DNA of 64,000 nt from Sedimentisphaerales bacterium (GTDB taxonomy: Bacteria; Planctomycetota; Phycisphaerae; Sedimentisphaerales; SM23-30): the NCBI GenBank assembly GCA_963666285.1, contig OY762711.1; one strand, given 5' to 3'. The translations under genes were made by a program, and so were the position numbers. Each line of letters starts with the position of its first letter. The stretch's first letter is position 1. This document shows positions 60,372 through 64,000 of the stretch, piece after piece. The notes below the pieces were generated by a model. It was not told the origin of the DNA. It ran no database searches and worked only from the letters and a program-made list of their open reading frames with translations.

Positions 60372-62732
60372 ATGAAGCAGGAAGATAAACAAATAGCAGA
60401 TGGTATTCTCGATAGATCGGGGCGTGATAAAAATCGCCTGATACCTGTGCTACAGGCAGTGCAGGCTGAGTGGGGATATCTGCCAGATGAAATTCTTGTT
60501 TATATAAGTCAAAACAGCGACTTTACTACGGCGGATATTGAAGGAGTTTCAAGTTTCTATTCTCAGTTTCGCCGCAGTCCTGTTGGTGAGCATATAATAA
60601 GTGTATGTAATGGTACGGCATGTCATGTAAAAGGAGCGGAATCTGTTTATAATGCGGTCAAAAAAGTGCTAAATATTGCACCGGGTGACGATACAGATGC
60701 TGATAGGAAATTTACTATCGAAAAGGTAGCCTGCCTTGGATGTTGTACGCTTGCTCCTGCTGTACAAATTGGCGATATAACTTACGGCCACCAGACGGCC
60801 CAAACCGTTTCTGCTATGCTGGATGATTATTTACTTTCTCTGCAGAATAAAAAAGGTAAAAAGCCCCATAGGCTCGCAGAGACCGGTGATTATGCCGGTG
60901 AAGTCAGGTTAGGGCTTGGTTCCTGCTGTATCGCTCGCGGCAGCGGCAAGTTGAAGGAAGCCTTTGAAGATGCAATTGAAGATCTAGGCTCTGCTGTCAA
61001 ACTTAAGCATGTGGGGTGTGTGGGGATGTGTCATCAGACGCCATTGGTTGAGGTGGTAACGTCAAGCGGGAAGTCGTTTTCTTATGCACAGGTTCAACCG
61101 CAGGATGCAGAAGCTATTATTGCTCGTCATTTTAAGGCGGGGAGCTGGCATAAAAAATTGAAAGGCACTTTATCGCGTGCTTTACGAGATATGGTAACAG
61201 ATGTTTGCAGTCAGCCTGTGACCAGGTATTCGCTGGATTTTCGTGATGGTCATGTACACGATTTTCTCAGCAAGCAGCAGAATATTTCAACAGAACATTG
61301 CGGTTTTCTAAGTCCAGTTGATCTTGATGAATATATTAGTAAGGGTGGTTTTGAGGCACTGAAGCATGTTCTTACAATGGAACCGGGAGATATAATTGAT
61401 ACTGTTGTAAATGCCGGTTTGCGTGGTCGCGGCGGAGCAGGTTTTCCGACAGGGACGAAGTGGGCACTTGTTGCTAAAGCTTCTGGTGATGAAAAATATA
61501 TATTGTGTAATGGCGATGAGGGTGATCCCGGCGCTTTCATGGATCGAATGCTGCTGGAGTCCTATCCGTACAGGGTGCTTGAAGGAATGATGATTGCTGC
61601 CAGGGCGGTGGGAGCCAAAAAAGGATATTTATATATTCGGGCAGAATACCCGCTAGCGGTTAAGCGGGTGAGAGAAGCAATTGCAAAGTGCAAAGATAAC
61701 AACATAATTGGTGATAATATACTGGGTAGTGATTTTGGTTTCGATCTGGATATTATGGAAGGCGCCGGGGCTTTTGTTTGTGGTGAAGAGACAGCGCTTT
61801 TGGAGTCGCTGGAAGGTCGTCGAGGTAATCCGCGATTAAGGCCGCCATATCCAGCAGTTTCAGGATTGTTTGGTAAGCCGACACTTGTAAATAATGTTGA
61901 AACATACAGCCAGGTATCCTGGATATTTAGAAGTGGTGCAGAAAAGTATCAGCAGCTTGGTACGGAAACGAGCAAGGGGACCAAAGTATTTTCACTTGCC
62001 GGCAAGATCAATCGAGGCGGTTTGATTGAAGTTCCCATGGGTTTAACAATCGCAGAGGTGGTAAATGAAATTGGCGGCGGAGTACCGGAGGGTCGAACGT
62101 TTAAGGCTGTTCAGATTGGCGGGCCGTCCGGCGGTTGTATCCCGGCGGATATGGCACATTTGCCGATAGATTATGAAGCGTTGACTGCCAAAGGTGCAAT
62201 TATGGGTTCTGGCGGTCTGGTTGTTCTTGACGATACAGATTGTATGGTTGATATAGCCCGTTATTTTCTCGAGTTTACCCAAGAGGAATCGTGTGGTAAA
62301 TGCACTTTTTGCAGGGTCGGGACACGCAGGATGATGGAGATTCTGGATGAGTTTCGCGAGGGCAGGGGAAAGATGGCTATGCTGGATGAGCTGGAGAGCC
62401 TGGCGATAGAGGTAAGTGCCGGGAGTTTATGCGGTCTTGGTCGTACCGCCCCCAATCCGATCATTACTACCCTGCGGTTTTTCAGGGATGAGTATATTGC
62501 ACATATAAACGGTTATTGTCCAGCCGGTAAATGTGCGGCACTGATTAGATATGAGATTACGGATAAGTGTACCGGCTGTACCAAGTGTGCCCAGGCGTGT
62601 CCGGTGAATGCAATCACGGCAAAGCCTTATCAAAAGCATGTTATCACTGATGATTGTATTAAATGCGGCGGGTGTAAAGCGATATGTCCGTATGAGGCAG
62701 TTGAAATTGTTGCAAATAATGTTAAGCAATAG
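60372..62732 (+). CDS. Fused NuoE-like + 2Fe-2S + NuoF-like + 2x4Fe-4S diaphorase (HydC-HydB-like)
   Basis: CNGTACHVKG, CLGCC, GSCC..CVGMC, GLRGRGGAGFPTG, DEGDPGAFMDR, CGEETAL, GGPSGG, CGKCTFCR, two CxxCxxCxxxCP. Confidence 0.9.
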   Translation: MKQEDKQIADGILDRSGRDKNRLIPVLQAVQAEWGYLPDEILVYISQNSDFTTADIEGVSSFYSQFRRSPVGEHIISVCNGTACHVKGAESVYNAVKKVLNIAPGDDTDADRKFTIEKVACLGCCTLAPAVQIGDITYGHQTAQTVSAMLDDYLLSLQNKKGKKPHRLAETGDYAGEVRLGLGSCCIARGSGKLKEAFEDAIEDLGSAVKLKHVGCVGMCHQTPLVEVVTSSGKSFSYAQVQPQDAEAIIARHFKAGSWHKKLKGTLSRALRDMVTDVCSQPVTRYSLDFRDGHVHDFLSKQQNISTEHCGFLSPVDLDEYISKGGFEALKHVLTMEPGDIIDTVVNAGLRGRGGAGFPTGTKWALVAKASGDEKYILCNGDEGDPGAFMDRMLLESYPYRVLEGMMIAARAVGAKKGYLYIRAEYPLAVKRVREAIAKCKDNNIIGDNILGSDFGFDLDIMEGAGAFVCGEETALLESLEGRRGNPRLRPPYPAVSGLFGKPTLVNNVETYSQVSWIFRSGAEKYQQLGTETSKGTKVFSLAGKINRGGLIEVPMGLTIAEVVNEIGGGVPEGRTFKAVQIGGPSGGCIPADMAHLPIDYEALTAKGAIMGSGGLVVLDDTDCMVDIARYFLEFTQEESCGKCTFCRVGTRRMMEILDEFREGRGKMAMLDELESLAIEVSAGSLCGLGRTAPNPIITTLRFFRDEYIAHINGYCPAGKCAALIRYEITDKCTGCTKCAQACPVNAITAKPYQKHVITDDCIKCGGCKAICPYEAVEIVANNVKQ

Positions 62733-62918
62733 AATAGAACTTGTTCTAATTTGTTTGTAAATAGCGGTTTGTATAAAGTTTTACAGTTTGGGAAAATCTT
62801 TTCTTGACCATATATCTCCAAGGTTTATATAAATTTACAGAGAGAATCAAAGATTGACATAAACTGGATATTATGATATAATTTCCTTTCTATAAATACT
62901 TTAAGTACTGGAAAAATA

Positions 62919-64000
62919 ATGAGATACGCATTTATAATAATGGATGGCGCAGCCGATGAGCCGCATGAGCAGTATGGAGGTTTGACCGCTTTGGAAAAAG
63001 CCGACATTCCTAATACAGACTGGATAGCAAAAAACGGCAGACTTGGGCTGGCTCGCACTGTTCCGGCAGGTATGTATCCCGGCAGTGATGTTGCCAATAT
63101 GAGCCTAATGGGATATAACCCAAAGAGCTACTATACAGGTCGGGCTCCGATCGAAGCGGCGGCGTTGAGTGTTCCGGCAGGTCCAAAGGATTGTATCTTT
63201 AGATGTAATCTTGTTACCATTGCTGACGGCATAATGCTGGATCATTCTGCCGGTCATATTGAAACAGTTCAGTCGCATGAATTGGTCAAAGATCTGAATG
63301 ATCATATAGCCTCCGATGAATTTATATTTTATCCTGGTACCAGCTATCGACATATCCTGGTATGGAAGAATATGGAATACAAAGAGCGGATGGCAGCTCC
63401 TCATGATATCCTCGAGCAGGAAGTGTGCAAATATATGCCCAAGGGTCGCCCAGGGAAAAAATTAGTTGAGCTTATGGAAGAAGCAGCAGATTTCCTGCAT
63501 AAGCATGAAATTAATCAGGTCCGGGCGGATTTGGGTGAAAATATGGCGGCTCATATCTGGCTGTGGGGGCAGGGCACTTTGCCTAAAATGGACAGTTTTA
63601 AAAAGAAGTATGGCAAGTCGGCATCTCTTATCACAGCTGTTGATTTATTGAGAGGGCTGGCAAAGCTTACCGGGATGAAAGTTATTGAGGTTGAGGGAGC
63701 GACCGGTTTTTATGATACAAACTTTGCGGGCAAAGGTAAGGCTGCTATCGAGGCATTATCTGAACGTGACCTTGTATTTGTTCATGTTGAAGCTCCTGAT
63801 GAGTGCGGTCATGCCGGAAATGGCCAGAAAAAAGTCGAATCAATCGAAAATATCGATAAGCATATCGTAGGACCTATGATTGAATATCTCAAAAGTACAG
63901 GTGATGATTGGCGAATTATTGTTATGCCTGATCATCCTACTCCTATGTGGAATCGTACTCATACCATGGATCCGGTCCCTTTTTGTATGGCCGGGAAGGG
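62919..64000 (+). CDS. apgM: Cofactor-independent phosphoglycerate mutase, ApgM type (runs off window end)
   Basis: MRYAFIIMDGAADEP..TALEKA..PGSDVANMSLMGY..YTGRAPIEA..HVEAPDECGH..PDHPTP; absent from the ORF track because it has no stop in the window. Confidence 0.92.
   Translation, partial: MRYAFIIMDGAADEPHEQYGGLTALEKADIPNTDWIAKNGRLGLARTVPAGMYPGSDVANMSLMGYNPKSYYTGRAPIEAAALSVPAGPKDCIFRCNLVTIADGIMLDHSAGHIETVQSHELVKDLNDHIASDEFIFYPGTSYRHILVWKNMEYKERMAAPHDILEQEVCKYMPKGRPGKKLVELMEEAADFLHKHEINQVRADLGENMAAHIWLWGQGTLPKMDSFKKKYGKSASLITAVDLLRGLAKLTGMKVIEVEGATGFYDTNFAGKGKAAIEALSERDLVFVHVEAPDECGHAGNGQKKVESIENIDKHIVGPMIEYLKSTGDDWRIIVMPDHPTPMWNRTHTMDPVPFCMAGK

Overview
Bacterial chromosomal window, most likely from an anaerobic planctomycete (Phycisphaerae, Sedimentisphaerales-like). 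This is inferred from the 16S sequence, DUF1559-type prepilin proteins, LamG/Ig proteins with dockerin-like tails and PEP-CTERM proteins. Housekeeping content: uvrC, tRNA-Cys, ribBA, hisC, rho, thiS/thiG, apgM, malic enzyme and a stand-alone 16S rRNA gene with tandem consensus promoters. Accessory content: an IS5-family element with a 6-bp target duplication and an apparently mutated catalytic Asp, a solute-binding protein/hybrid kinase/Hpt module, an ArsR-thioredoxin-CcdA operon, glycoside hydrolases (GH43, GH106, GH31, six-hairpin, one unassigned), an MBOAT/SGNH pair and an orphan NuoE-NuoF (HydC-HydB-like) fusion. Most notable: the lipoprotein gene at 19698 appears to read through an in-frame UGA (G-U-G-D-L-C) followed by a SECIS-like hairpin, making it a candidate unannotated selenoprotein. 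Also of interest are pilin-like plus LamG/dockerin-like loci sharing a tandem operator, a dispersed TAA-N19-TTA motif, and a 40-bp direct repeat flanking the malic enzyme gene. All calls come from reading the sequence; no database searches were run.
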